The notes beneath the pieces are model-generated. The model had not been told where the DNA came from and made no database searches. It saw only the letters and a list, made by a program, of their open reading frames with translations. A DNA stretch of 64,000 bases from Naegleria gruberi (Eukaryota), in assembly GCA_000004985.1 (NCBI GenBank), contig GG738922.1; one strand, written 5' to 3'. The translations under genes were made by a program, and so were the position numbers. Shown piece by piece: positions 34,458 to 48,200 of this stretch (the stretch's first letter is position 1; each line of letters starts with the position of its first letter).

Positions 34458-36160
34458 TTATTTCTTTTCCTTAGGTTTTAATGAAGACAAAACATCATCA
34501 ATACGGAGAATTAAACAAGAAGATTCAATAGCAGTCTTCATAGTTTGGACCTTAACTTCATATGGTTCCCAAATCTTGAGTTCAGCAGTGTCAGCGATAA
34601 CACCCTTGACACCATCAACACCCAAGTTGAGGTTTTGGTCATTGGCATGCTTGGATCTCAATTCAGTAATAATACGAATAGTATTAGCACCACAGTTTTC
34701 AATCAAAGTTCTTGGTATCACTTCCAAAGCAGTAGCAACAGCTTGATATGGGAGTTGTTCAATACCCTTGATAGACTTTGACTTTTGCATCAAGTGTTGT
34801 GAGACACTCATTTCAACAGCACCACCACCTGGAACAACACGTGGATCAACAAAGATATTCTTAACAACGTGCAAAGCATCTTCCAAATTTCTTTCAATTT
34901 CATTCAAAATATCCTTACTACCACCTCTCAAAAGAATAGTACAGGCCTTTGGATCCTTACATTCTTCAATGAATGAGAAGTATTCATCACCAATCTTTCT
35001 AACTTCGAACAAACCAGCACCATTACCAATGTCGGATTCCTTAATTTCTGAAGTTCTAGAAACAATAGTAGCACCAGTAGCACGAGCAATACGATTGTTA
35101 TCAGTCTTTCTAACACGACGGAGACAACTGATGTTATTCTTGATAAGATAATATTGAGCCAAATCAGAACATCCCTTTTCGGTAACGACAAGGTCTGGCT
35201 TGAATTTGATGATATCGTCACAAACTCTCTTAATCCATTCGTCTTCCATTTTAAGCAAAGTTTCAAAGTCTTCTTCCTTTTCCAAAACAACATTAGTTTC
35301 ACTTTCACCCTTCTTATATTCAAGAGGGCAATCCAAAAGCAAAACTCTTGGATTTTCAATTCTTCTTCTCATCTTTGGATGGAGGATATCCTTGTTAATC
35401 ATGACACCATTCAAAACTCGTGATTCATTCAACAATCCACCTGGAATCTTTTCAATACGAGCATATCTCTTAACATCAATATCCTTCTTTCCATTTTCCA
35501 TATCAGTTGCTACAGTTTTAACAGCTTGAATAGCCAATTTACACATCAAATCACTGTAACGATGAGTGAATTTTGTTCCTATACTTGTATTTACGATTTC
35601 AGCAACTTCTTCATAGTTATTTACGTCGATCTTTCTTGACATCTTTTCTGAAATAAAGTCAACAGCGTCTTCAAGAGCCTTCAAGAAACCCTTGACAATA
35701 CGAGTTGGGTGAATCTTACGTTGCAACAATGGTTCGGCAACTGTAAGAATTTCACCAGCAAGAATAATTACTGAAGTAGTACCATCACCAACTTCTTCAT
35801 CTTGTGTTCTACTCAATTCAATCATACTCTTAGCAGCTGGGTGAGTAACATCACATTCTCTCAATATTGCGTTTCCGTCGCTAGTAAGTTGTACAGTACC
35901 CATTTGATCGAGAATCATTTTCAACATAGCCTTTGGTCCTAATGTAGTTCTTACAATAGAAGCAATAGCCTTGGCAGCTTGAATGTTAGCCAATTGGGCC
36001 TTTGTACCTTGTTCTCTCTTGGAGTTACCCTCTATATAACATTAAAAACATTAAATGTTGAAATGATGATGGAAAGGTTATTCATATTGTTATTATTGTT
36101 GTATTCAATATGTTGTTGTAGTGTAAAATCAGTGATACAAAAATGAACGGAAAATTCATG
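34458..36160 (-). CDS. CCT3: T-complex protein 1 subunit gamma (CCT3/Cct3p chaperonin); join(36140..36160,34458..36029)
   Basis: Exon 2 (GNSKREQGTKAQLANIQAAKAIASIVRTTLGPKAM...GDGTTSVIILAGE...) is about 65% identical to CCT gamma over its full length. A putative 7-codon exon 1, MNFPFIF (compare yeast MQAPVVF), joins through donor GTATCA and acceptor tatagAG across a 110-nt intron. Confidence 0.85.
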
Positions 36161-36649
36161 ATGATGAAAATTATCAACATTTCAACAAGTGGTATATTAT
36201 GTATAGTTCGTATACAATCATTCCTACAATTGATAGTTTAATACATACTAAGAACGTAAATTTGTGGTTTGGCTTGGGCAAACATTGTGTGTTGTATTTT
36301 TTTTAATTTTTATTACAAATCACTTCCGCTACCTTTCCGTCTGTTTGACAAGGGTAATCTTCTTGCTACAAAATTGCCTCAAACAACACCAAAGCCAACA
36401 ATACCTAAGAATAATTTCAAATAAGTTGAACAACACAAGTTAAATTATCATTGAAATGTATGGAGACCTATAAAATTGGTTACGGCCACAACTACAAGGC
36501 TTTCAATATTTTTACAAGACAAAATCTGGCAAGTAATTGAACATGTTACCAAAACTATTCTTTGTAAAATTGAGAAAGACAAGTTTACCATGAGGCATTA
36601 CATGATGAAGTTTTGAGAGCATTTCTTCAGGTTTGAAAAGAAACTAATG

Positions 36650-37393
36650 TTAAATAGTACAGTTTTGGTACAACATTTTGAGAAAATAACTTACTTCTCT
36701 TGGGTCAATTGGTGTATTAACATCTTTCTTACTGAATGCTGTATGATTAATCAAATGATTTATGATATATTCTGCATAAGACATGTTACATCTCATTGTA
36801 CAAACAAGTGAATAACAGAATGAACATTTTGGTGGTATTTTCCACATGATTGTATGTGATTCATTATTAATAGTTCTTTGCAAATATCCAGAATTTGAAC
36901 TGAATTCTTCTCCTAATGGTACAGTGAATGAATTTTGAGATTTCCAATCTTCTTGAACACTGCTAATAATTTGTGAAATTACTTGCTTATTGTGTGCTGA
37001 TGGAATTTCTGTATCAATTTCATCAACTTCCACTTTTTCATAAGATTGAGCAAACCAACATGTTCCCTTGTCAATTGAGTGAATTATAAAATATAAAACA
37101 TCTGTAACTCCACTTTGTAATTTTGAAATATTATCATTCATTAATTTAGCATCATGTTTCATAAATTGTAAATATTGTTGTACGTGAGGAGGTATGTGAG
37201 CCTCTGAATTATTGTTACCTCCTGAGGTATCATTTGACATTCTCCGATTATGTTTTGTATCTACAATATTAAATATATCATCATCACGTGTTTGATATAA
37301 ATCTGTTGGAGTTGTCGCCGAGGAAATACTCTTTGGTGAGAGGGGAGTTGTTGGATTTGATCGTGATGGAAATGGTGTGTGAGGTTGTTGCAT
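36650..37393 (-). CDS. Hypothetical protein, 247 aa
   Basis: ORF with ATG at 37393 in caaaaaaATG context, 63 nt downstream of the DLIC stop codon. No recognisable domain. Confidence 0.5.
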   Translation of the reverse strand: MQQPHTPFPSRSNPTTPLSPKSISSATTPTDLYQTRDDDIFNIVDTKHNRRMSNDTSGGNNNSEAHIPPHVQQYLQFMKHDAKLMNDNISKLQSGVTDVLYFIIHSIDKGTCWFAQSYEKVEVDEIDTEIPSAHNKQVISQIISSVQEDWKSQNSFTVPLGEEFSSNSGYLQRTINNESHTIMWKIPPKCSFCYSLVCTMRCNMSYAEYIINHLINHTAFSKKDVNTPIDPREVSYFLKMLYQNCTI

Positions 37394-37456
37394 TTTTTTG
37401 TAATAAACACTAAAACATTATTAAATATTGAAATATTTGAAAATAAAAAAGCAATT

Positions 37457-38975
37457 TTATTGTTTCGTAGGAGTTTGTTGAGGAGTTTTTGAAGAGTATC
37501 TTTGTAAAAGTTGATGGAAGAAATGTTCTGCATTCTCAACCTGATCTGATGTTGTTGAGCCTGGTGTGGAAGGTTTTAAAATGATATTTTCTGACGAATC
37601 ACTTCTAAAGAATTCTGGAGTGGCAGGTGTTAAGGCAGGAATTCCAGAAGATCTTGGACTCAGGTCATATTTTCCTCTAGGCGTTTGATTTCCTTTGCTT
37701 GTTCCTCGGTTGTAAGCTCTGAATGGAGAAGACATTGATGATGGTGAAAGTAATGGTGTGATATCAATGTCTGTTGGTCTTTGCATCATGTTTCTCACTT
37801 TCTGTTGCTTTTTGAGAAACACTTCAAAATCCTCGAATGGATCTGAAAATTCAATACTTTTTTCAGACGATGACGATAAATCGAAATCGCTAATTAAGGT
37901 GTCAAAATCTACTCCTTCAGGATCGTTCGTAACTGTTGAGCAATCTATTGACTTTACTTTAGCTACAGTGTCACATCCACTTGGAATAACAATACAAGAA
38001 TGCTCTCTTGATTCCATACATTCTGCAAATTCAAAAGGTGTATTGTAACAAATATTCATAATATATTTCTTCAATAGTAAGCAATTAATATTAGACGAGG
38101 AAGATGTATAAAATAGTGAAGCTCCATCTTGATGATTGAGAAGAATATTAATTTTGTGACAATCAAACAATCTACTTACATCTGTAACATAATTTTCTCA
38201 ATTTAAAAAGTATGAAATTAAGGAAGTGGTGTGGAATGATATTGATAATGGATTTTTTGGTACAGAATGAATCAGCAATTTTCTCTGCCATATCTGATTT
38301 TGTAATTGCAAGCACAATTGGTATTCCAAGATTAGTATCAATAACCGTAAATTCATTTGGATTTTCAGATGTGGATTGCTCTCCCTTCTTGAATGTTGAT
38401 TTTACTCTATCATAACATCTTTGCATTCCTTCTTCCTTCAATTCGGGAATGATTTTTTCATCGATATGATCCTGAAGTATCCTTATCCACTTTTTAGTTC
38501 TCGAAATTATATTCTTTGTGTTTGATATATCTACAGTAATAACTACAACAGTCTTTTCAAATGTGGTAGGATTAATTGCAAAATCCAGCAAGTATGAAAA
38601 GTACTGATTTTCCATTTGATAAATATTAAGATATTTGTCTCTATCATTTCTTGTAGAGTCTGAGAAATCATCATGTTTTGTAGAATCAATTGCTTTAAAG
38701 TATGTATACTCAATAGAAAGGGTATCATGATAAACATCTCCAGCAATTTCCTTTCCCTGAAATCTTCTAACAAGACTCCTTTGACCATTCTTTGCATCTC
38801 CCAAAAACACAATACTATAACTATCCTCAATCCCTTCCTGCAGTTTCGGATCTATTTTCTGTTGTTTCAATAAACTACCCCAGACATTATTTCGTTCCTT
38901 TTGATGATTAGTTGGAGTGCTTGGAGTTGTTTTTAAGGAATTATTGAAGGTTGTTGTTTGTTGAATACTCGTCAT
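37457..38975 (-). CDS. Dynein light intermediate chain (DLIC family); join(38180..38975,37457..38127)
   Basis: Exon 1 NVWGSLLKQ...IVFLGDAKNGQRSL...NLGIPIVLAITKSD...FILFKLRKLCYR joins through a GTAAGT donor and 52-nt intron to exon 2 YGASLFYTSSSS...YIMNICYNTPF...IVIPSGCDT. The whole is collinear with DYNC1LI/D2LIC. The P-loop is degenerate (GDAKNGQRS instead of GxxGSGKT). Confidence 0.75.
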
Positions 38976-39139
38976 TTTTTTGTAGAATGATTGAGCGCCA
39001 AACCTTCATATCTATTAACAATAATTATCAGCTTATTCAAATAATCTTTTCAAATAGATCAAGAATTGGAATCAAAATTCGATATTAATTTTGTTTTTTA
39101 ATTACAAATTTAGTTTTTTATGAGGATAACTCTCGGAAT

Positions 39140-39668
39140 TTATTCTTGAGAAGATGAAACAACCTTGGAGGCCTTCTTATAGTATTTATAAATCTTGCTT
39201 TCCTTTGGTGGTTCAGCAACCATGATAGCACAAGCTGGTCTCTTTGTCAATGTAGCCTAATATTGGTTATTGTTATTATTAATATTATTTTAAAATAAAT
39301 AATTAAAATTTGTGATGACGATGAATGATACTAACCTTGCCTAATTCAACTTTAGATTCAACAAAAACATATTCAACACCTTCGGTACTCTTGATGAGTT
39401 CTGGGAAGTGAGCAATAATATCCATAGGATAACTATCACCAGCCAAAACAACGAATCCCTTGGTTTGTTTTCTGATGGCTCTATTAACGTTCTTAATTCC
39501 TCTATGTAAAACATTCTTTTCCTTTGATTGAACAGCTTTAGAAATTACTTTGAAGATCTTGCTAACATCCTTTTCTGATGAGACCAATGGTGAAGCAAAT
39601 GGCAGCAGAGGAAGTCTAATTTGTTGTTCAGTTGATGTTGTTGTAGTTTCAGTTTCAGAGTCACTCAT
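39140..39668 (-). CDS. NHP2: H/ACA snoRNP protein NHP2 (L7Ae/L30e family); join(39336..39668,39140..39256)
   Basis: RGIKNVNRAIRKQTKGFVVLAGDSYPMDIIAHFPELIKSTEGVEYVFVESKVELGK joins through donor GTTAGT and an 80-nt intron to ATLTKRPACAIMVAEPP. ATG at 39668 in aaaaaaaATG context. The ORF-track upstream Met at 39695 is less likely. Confidence 0.8.
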
Positions 39669-40156
39669 TTTTTTTGTTGAACGAAAAAAATTCAAAAAAC
39701 AAGAGCAAAAAAGTTTTATGACCTTCAGATAGTCTGTTTAGTAGTACAAGCATTGTTATATTGTGTTATTGTGTGCAGTGATCACTGTGCATGAATATAG
39801 GAAGGATAGGAAGGTGAGCGAAAAGATTAACTAGAGGTGAAAAAATTGCAAGGAACGATAAAGAATTGCGAGCGTGTGAATTGGTTCATCAAATATTTTT
39901 AACATTTTTGAGCTTCAATGAAGTGAAAATTATCAGAAGTGTTTGAGTAAAAGCCAATTTTAGAGTAAGGATGAAACATTTGCTCTCATGGAATGAATTT
40001 ATCTTCACAAAGAATAATATGATGAGATAACAAATCGATTGAATTGATTAAAATTTGTAAAATTTTTGAAAGATATCTCTGCAACAATTAGTTCAATGAA
40101 ACTTGAGTTTATTGAAAAATGATTCAGGATTGGAATTGAAACTCTATTAGAAATAA

Positions 40157-40747
40157 TTATTCCTCTTCTTGATCAAATTCTTCTTCTTCATCGAAGGCTT
40201 CCATGATAACTTCATCAGCAAGATTATCAAAAATTTCACTGGATGAATCACTTGCAGAATAAAAAGATGGACAAAGGCTTTCAAAGTAAAGAATATTCTT
40301 GGACTAAACGCTATTAGAAATTAAACTATTTTGAAAAACAAACCTTGTGGGCAAGACAAATTTGTTGTCTCTTGACACAAACACTTCTGGACAATTGATT
40401 TACATGCTAATGATAACGGCATGTTTAATTTCGAATAATTCATAAAATAAACTTACTCTATTAGAATCAGAAACACATTTTGGAATCTTCTTGAGACAAG
40501 TATATTCAATATGAGCAGCCAAACATTCCTTTGAAACATTTTCAGGTGAGGCAGCAAAAGCAGCAATTTCCTTGCAGACACTTCCTTCTAAATCCTTGAT
40601 GTAATCAACATTGACTTTAAAATCAATATTTGGACAACAAGAGAATGAATGAGCAACACATGCATTAGTAGGGGTATAAATTGCTGTTACTTGAGTAACA
40701 ACAAATAACAAAACAACAAGGCAACCTGCCAAAAACAAATTCTTCAT
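40157..40747 (-). CDS. Small secreted Cys-rich protein with acidic C-terminal tail, 3 exons: join(40457..40747,40344..40406,40157..40303)
   Basis: Signal peptide MKNLFLAGCLVVLLFVVTQVTA, then 10 Cys in exon 1. The GTAAGT donor has a 50-nt intron; exon 2 is 63 nt; the GTTTGT donor has a 40-nt intron. Exon 3 ends in the acidic tail DEEEEFDQEEE. Confidence 0.5.
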
Positions 40748-40960
40748 ATTTTTTTGATGTTTGAAAGCGATACTTCCATTGTGTACAGTTTAAGTAGCTG
40801 ATATAGAATGTTTCATGGTTGGGTTTGTTCATTCGAGTTAGGTCATGATGTGTATGGGTAAATCGGGATTGTTCTTTGATTTTACAATGAAAAATAATAA
40901 TTTTCCTATTTTTCTTCAATTTACAAGAAATTTAAAGATTTTTTTAAATTTAAAGAAAAA

Positions 40961-42109
40961 ATGTCGATAAGTGGGGATGGGAAAAGAATACGGATGGATG
41001 AATTGGCTCCATCATTGAAGAAGATGAAAACAAATGCATCAAAAGCTATAGCTTCTCAATTGTGTCATGATGAAATATTAAATATTTTACAATTTTTAAA
41101 TGTTAAACAAATTGTGAAATGTTTATTAATCAATACGAATTGGAATATTATAGGATCATCAAATATTATATGGAAACCATTATATAATCACTTTTTCATG
41201 AATGAATTTTTCAAGTGGGATCAACAATTGCAAGATATTTCCAAACTCGAAAGTAATACTTTCCTTCCCGAACTTAAATTGCATTCTCACAGGAAGAAAG
41301 AAGATTCAGATATTAAGGATTTGAAAAAAGAAACCAATAATTTATTGGAAAAATTCAAGGATAAGAATGGAAATGTTAATTATTATCAATTATTTCAATT
41401 TGATTGTCATTATCCTCAAATTAATGAATCAAATGTTGATATTGTTGATCAGTTGAGGAATGTTGATTCCATTTCTAATATTGAAACTTTGAAACAATTA
41501 ATCAAGCATATTTGGAAAGATAAAGATAAGTCTGAATGGTACAGAATTATTGGAACATCTGAAATGATTCTTGACAAGTCGAACAAATTGTGGAAAAGAA
41601 AGCCAATTCTCACCTTTATAGCCATTACCTTATTAGTATTATTCAATAAGAAGAGAATTAATTATGTAGACGGAATTATTGTGCTGACCAATGTAAAAAA
41701 CAGTTATACACAAGAGCAAATTTGCGAAATGCCAATTTTGGCTTTTTGTAAAATGATTTCCTCAAACGAGGAAAATATTTCCAAATTATGCTCCAAACAC
41801 AATTATAAGAAAATGACTTTGGGTGCATTTCTAAAAGTTTCTGATAAACAAACAGGTAAGATTTCTTCCAGACATCCACCCAAGCCAGATATAAATCTAA
41901 CAAATCTCAAACTCTGTTTCAGATCAAAGAATGACGAAACATTTATTGCAGTACAATCAGTTTCTGATAACATGAATCCTGATGTGTTAGAGTTTGCTCC
42001 CTCGTTTTTTAATGCTGGAGGAAGTTTACAATGTGTTCAAGAGGTGAAAGCTGTTTTGGTTGAGAATGGAATCAGGTTTGAAATTAAGAATGGAGCTAAA
42101 TATTGTTAA
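40961..42109 (+). CDS. F-box domain protein, 382 aa
   Basis: N-terminus LCHDEILNILQFLNVKQIVKCLLINTNWNIIGSSNIIWKPLY is F-box-like. Confidence 0.7.
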   Translation: MSISGDGKRIRMDELAPSLKKMKTNASKAIASQLCHDEILNILQFLNVKQIVKCLLINTNWNIIGSSNIIWKPLYNHFFMNEFFKWDQQLQDISKLESNTFLPELKLHSHRKKEDSDIKDLKKETNNLLEKFKDKNGNVNYYQLFQFDCHYPQINESNVDIVDQLRNVDSISNIETLKQLIKHIWKDKDKSEWYRIIGTSEMILDKSNKLWKRKPILTFIAITLLVLFNKKRINYVDGIIVLTNVKNSYTQEQICEMPILAFCKMISSNEENISKLCSKHNYKKMTLGAFLKVSDKQTGKISSRHPPKPDINLTNLKLCFRSKNDETFIAVQSVSDNMNPDVLEFAPSFFNAGGSLQCVQEVKAVLVENGIRFEIKNGAKYC

Positions 42110-42286
42110 CTTTTCAAAAATTGTTGTAAAGTTTTCAATATAATTAATATCATGTATTGGTGAAATACGAATTGCTTTGAGTTGTTTCAATGCAACACTG
42201 AGTTTGTATCATAAAATTAATAGCCAATGAAAAGACCTGAATAGTGGAATAAAGAGAGATGGCTGTCACTCATCAAATTTTAAAAA

Positions 42287-45200
42287 ATGTCTAAAGAGAA
42301 CGATGACTTGGACTTTCTTGCCGATGACTATGATCAACCATCACAGTCCCCAAGAACAACATCAACCCGTCGATTATCTACAAGACCTCGTGTCGTCCTC
42401 AAGAAAACCTCCAATTCATCATCAAATTCGACAAGTGGCAGAAGAGACAGCATCAACTCTAATGATGAATTAACTTTAGATCAAATACAATCACCACCTT
42501 CTTCTTCATCATCAGCTACTACTTCACCACAATCAATTTCCTCTCCTCCAGAGCCAACATCAATCAACCCAACAAGAAGTGGCAGCAGTAAAATAATAAT
42601 TGGCTCCAAGATACAAAAACCAATCAATAACAATAATTCAACAACAACAAACAAACCAAGTCTCATTACTGAAAGCTCCAGTAAAGTTCAAACTAAAAAG
42701 TTTATGAGTAATTTATTGAAAAGTGTTCAGACCACACAAAATAATTCATCTCAACCTTCCTCTCCAACCAATGAATCTCAACAACAACAACAATTGAATG
42801 GATCTGGTGGAGTTGCTACTGCTACTACTGCCAATGCTAATAATTCCGAAGGTATTGTTATTGATGAAGCAGAAGAGAAGAGAAGAGATTTTGATGAATT
42901 GATGATGAAATCCTCAAAGAGACAACAACAACAATTATTCAGTGATAATGATAAGAAACAAATTACATTGGATAAACTTGAGAGTTTGATGCAAACATTG
43001 GATAGACATGATAGAGTGCCACTGTTGGATGAAAATATTAATATTGTTGATTTGTATAGTAGTGATCCATCTCAGATTGATGCAAAACAGGGAATTATCA
43101 AATCAAATCCTCCACTCTTTCAGAAACATGATCAACCATTAGATATTGACTTGTTTGAGGAGATTACAAGTTTCAGTACCATTCAGAGAAGATATCTTTC
43201 ACAAGATGAAATGGTTAAAGGTGATTTCAAGACAAGTCATGAATTCCAATTGAAACCAACTGTTGGAAATTTATCAAGTGCAGTTGATGAAGTGAGAGAA
43301 TTTGTAAAGAAAGAGAAGGAACGTCATCAAATCATGATGGGTGGTGAAGAAAAATCAACACAAAATGAATCTTCTTCATCTCTAACTGGTGGTGGTGTGC
43401 CTGGAGCCAGTTCTTCCTCATCTGATTTGAAATCAAATTTAGAAAAACAAGTTGAACATGAATCACATATGGAAAAAGCTAAGAAAATTTTCAGAAAGAT
43501 TGAATATCGACATGTTTTCAAAGATTTAGTTAATAGATTGGTTATGGAAAAGATTGGTATTCCTACAATTTTACGTGTCAATTCAAAATTTATTGCAGTT
43601 GGTACATCGAATGGTCTCATTGTTTTATATCACAGAAAGACTGAAAATCGTTTGGCAATTTTGGGTTCCATTCAAAATGAAGAAATTACAAATTTGAGTG
43701 GTGGAAAAGTTGTTAGACCTATTCAAGTTACTGCTCTCGATTTTGGTTCTAAAATGACATTACCTTATGAAGAGTTTAGTGCCAAATCAGAACAAGATTT
43801 ATTAATGTTATATTATAGAATTTCAACTGATCAAGATGATTATACTGTTAATGCTACAACTGGAGGTGATAAGCAACAAGATGAAGAAAATATTGAAGTA
43901 TTGAGTCAAACTTCACGTGTACTTGTCAGTGGTCATTCAGATGGTTCTATTAACATTTGGAATTTATCAACATTTAAACCTGTCAAACCACTTAAGGGAT
44001 ATTTCACAAAACCTGTTCAGAAAATTGTAAATTTACACAAAACTAGCAAGCAATATAATGCCATTGAATTTTTGGCAGTTGATACAAGTGGTAGAATGAA
44101 ACTTTTCAATGTGAGAAAGATTATGTTTGCTTACTATGTTGATGTTCAACCTATTTTATGGGCAAACATTCCAAAAGAAATGACTTCCTTCAAGTCAACC
44201 AATAATTTAGAAAGTGAAAATGGTGAATCCAATTCTTCTCAATTAATTGCTAGTAGTATGACTCCAGAACAACAATTAAAGATGAAAGAATTAGAAAAGA
44301 GACAACAACAAGAAAAGATTCTTTCCACCTTTTCAGAATTCCAAGTATTACCAAAATCAGAGGGTAGACATCCATTGGATAGATTTGTTTTGGCTGCTGT
44401 TGCTACTGAAAGTGAAGTTACCATTCACTCTGTTAAGCCATCAAGTAGACAAATTGCAACACTTTACAATAATAGTGTTTTAGATATGGCTAGTGGTGCT
44501 GCTTCATCTGCAGGTTCATTCATGAGAAAGAAGATTACTCCAAAGATTGCATGGAAAGCAAGTCAAATGGTTGATGGTGATCATAGAGGATTAACTGTTT
44601 CTCTCAATGATCAAACTAATCCTTATTTGGCAGTTGCTTGGGGCAACAGAATTGCATTCTATCATGTTGAAGTTCAACAACCTTCATCCTTCTTTAATTT
44701 CATGTTTGGAGGTAATTCTAACAGTGCTTCAACCAATGGTCAAGCTAACATCAATGGAACACAAAATGGTTCTTCTCAAAATGGTAATTCAAATGCCAAT
44801 ACACCAAATGGATCATCAAATATGAATGTTAATATGGGAGGAAGTGATTTGCCAAATATTTACTTTGCTTCTGAAATGTTTGTTCCATTCAATATTGAAC
44901 ATATTCACTGGTTGACTGACGATTTATTCATCGTATTGGACTCCAAACAAAGCAAGATGCTATTGATTGATAGAAAATTGGAAAGCTCAACCAATTGGAT
45001 AGAAGAAGTTAATTGTAAAGATTTAATGTTGGACTATATCTCTGATCCAATGATGAACATTCCAAATAATTTGAAAAAGAAATATGGTTTACAATATGGT
45101 GGTGGTTTTACAAGAGGTAGCTTTGATGTTTCTGCATTCCAATATATTGAAATCTTACGTCACTCTTCAATTACTCCACAAAGCTTGAAGCATTCCATGT

Positions 45201-48200
45201 ATAATTCTTCAGATAGTGATGATACTGTCAGTATTCCAAGTACAACTCACTCATTTGCATCCGAAATGTATAGAGCTAGCTATGGAGGTGGTGGCATTGT
45301 TACTGTCAAACATCGTAGTCCAACTATTTACATGTTGGGCGCTTCCGAGTTGAGAGCTATGCGTTGCTTGTCTTGGGATGAAAGAGTTGTTGCTCTTCAA
45401 ACTATTGGAGAGTATGAAGAAGCTTTGAATATGTCTGTTGAAATGTTCAACGATCCAACCTCTATTGGTGCTCTTGTTGGGCTTCCAAACAAGGAAGAAA
45501 TTCAAAGACATCAAGCTGTTAGTGCACTCATTTCTTCTATCCTTGTTGATTACAGAGATACAAAATTGCATCAACTTCAACTTGATAATGGTTTAACTCA
45601 TCAAAAAGTGGAAAGTTTAGTTCAAGTTGCCAGAAATTGTTTACAAAGAGCAATTGAAATTAACGATATTGAATTGATTGAAGGAACTTTCATGTCTTTT
45701 GAACATTATGGTTGCGAACACATTTTCTTCCAATTGTTGGTTGAAGAGCTTATTTTGAACGGTGCCCTATCAAGAATGATGACAATTGACTCTAAGAAAG
45801 CTTCATATGACTTTATTCAATCTCAATTCATGAAGATCAAGGATTTGTACACATCAGATGCTGATCCAGAGAAGGGTGAAAAGGGGTTGATTGATCTTTC
45901 AAGATATATCAAGTATCACAACAATATTGATAACGAAATAGCATACGATTCCAGTTCAATTCATCCACTTTCTCCAAAGGTCAGATTCGAAAGACTCGAA
46001 AGTATTATTCTCAATCTGGATATTTCCAAATTGCAAATTGAATATGAAATTTTCTTGGAATTGAATGAAAAGTGCAAGAGATACAACTTGTACAGAATGC
46101 ATATTTATTCAAACTGTGTATTGAACTCTGATTTCATCACACCAGTTAGAGATTATTTGGAAGACATTACAATCTCTGATTTGTCTACTGTTGAAACAAA
46201 GGAAAAGGCAGATGCAATTTTGGAATACTTTAAGAATATCGTCACAAAGGGAACAATCTTTACTGATGCTTATCACATTACCGATGTTGAAGTATTGAAG
46301 AAGGTTAAACGTTTGATTGTTGACTTTTTGTTTGAACAAACAAGAGTTGTCAGAATGTCGTCTAACTCACAAGAAAAACACAAGAATAATGGAATTGCTA
46401 TGTTGAATTTGGAAAAATTGATCAAGTACAATCCAAAGGAAACATTTGATGTATTGAAATTATACTTTGAAGAAATTGCTGTCGAAGGATCAACTGTTAC
46501 CTCACCATTTTATACCACATTCCCAAGACCAATCAAGAACCCACTTACAAAGGAAGAAAAGGGAAGTATTTTGGAAGAATTTATTGTTACATCCTTTGCT
46601 GATTGTGTCAATGAGGGAACTGGTTCCAACATGTCACTTCGTAAATGGGTTCCAAAGTTGAACCGTGAAGAATTGATTGAGGCAATGAAGAGTTACATTC
46701 TTGATCCTCCACAAGGTGAATTAGATATTGAAATTGATAGTCCAACCTTCACATTGAGAGAAAAGAAATACTTGTACGAATTTTTGGGAGAAATGATTGC
46801 CAGAAATATTTTGGCAGAAGACAAGGGTCAAATTAAGAGAATTTACACTCACTTGTGTCATGACAATGTATTTACCTCTGATGAAACCAAAGAGTTGCTG
46901 AAACAATTCAAGGAGCACGAAAAGGCATCCACTGAAACAAAGAAGGGTAAATCACTCCACTTGACAGAACAAGCAAGACAAGAAAGTGTTGAAAGAATTA
47001 TGAAGCAAACATCATATCTCAATGAGAGAAAGGAATATTTGATCAAAGAATATGATTTCAAACGTCACAGACAAAATATTTTGATGAAAATTCTTGAAAA
47101 ACTTGAAAGTTCCAATGAGCAAACCATCTCAACTATTCTTGTTCGTTTGATTGACTATGCCCAAGAAAATAACTGTTATCAAGCTGCTGTATATTTGAAT
47201 AGAAAGAAGAAAGATTACAAAGCTGTTATTAAGAATTATATTGATGATCTCAAATTGAAGAAAGCAATCGGTCATAGTCAACTTGACACACCTGTATTCA
47301 GTTATATTTCTGAATTGGCAAATGATTCTGAAGTTATTACTATTAGTATTCATGATGCTATTTTGGACCATTTCCTTGATTTGATGAAAGCTGACAGTGA
47401 AGAAATGACATTACTCATTGTGAAATACTTCCCAACTCTCCATCCTCAAGTTTTGAATACTCTCATCACTTCAAGCATCAAACACATTGAAGATGAAAGA
47501 CTCTTATTCAATTACTTGTCAAAGATTATTAATATTTATGAAGGAAATAATGATTTGATTGACGTTAAGGCCAACACTAGTTCTAGTACAATGTCTCAAT
47601 TCTTTACAAGCATGACAAGAACAAAGATTGATGTTGATATGGAATTACAATATCAATACATTAGATTATTATGTAAATTTGAACCACACAAAGTTTGTGA
47701 TTGGTTACAAACTCATCAATTCCCAGGTGAGAAGGCAGAAGAAATTTTAGAATATTGTAGAAATATTCCAGATGCTGTTAGTTTCCTCCTTGAAAGAAAT
47801 GGTGAAGTTATGGAAGCTCTTAACATTGTTTTGAAGAATATTTCAAGAGAAACAAGTATTTTGGAAGAAACTCTTTCGAATATTTCTAAAAAGTTTGATC
47901 CAGAAAATATTAGATTCTCCAAATATAGACATGTTAAAGATATCAAAGAGAGAACAAGACTTCAAAAGGGTGTTACTTATACAGATGCTGAAGAACAAGC
48001 AGAACAAAAGGGTATCAAATTCTTTAATGTAGAACGTATTCTTGGTTTGGTTGACTTGGAAGAAATTCCACTTGATGTCTATTTGGAAGCAAGAAGAAAA
48101 GTCTTAGATGGACGTGGATTACTTCCAAATACTTCTAATGTAGATAAGGATGATGCTAGTGTACACTCAGTAAATCCTCTCCATTATGGTTTGGATGAGG

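Noticed and set aside
34545-35529. Several 78-143-aa ORFs on both strands inside the CCT gamma locus
   Set aside because: They overlap the conserved chaperonin CDS and have no domain similarity; they are shadow ORFs.
37394-37456. Possible intron joining the DLIC gene to the downstream 247-aa ORF
   Set aside because: The DLIC frame ends with an in-frame TAA at 37457. No GT donor is positioned to splice into the next ORF, which has its own A-rich ATG context, so they are treated as separate genes.
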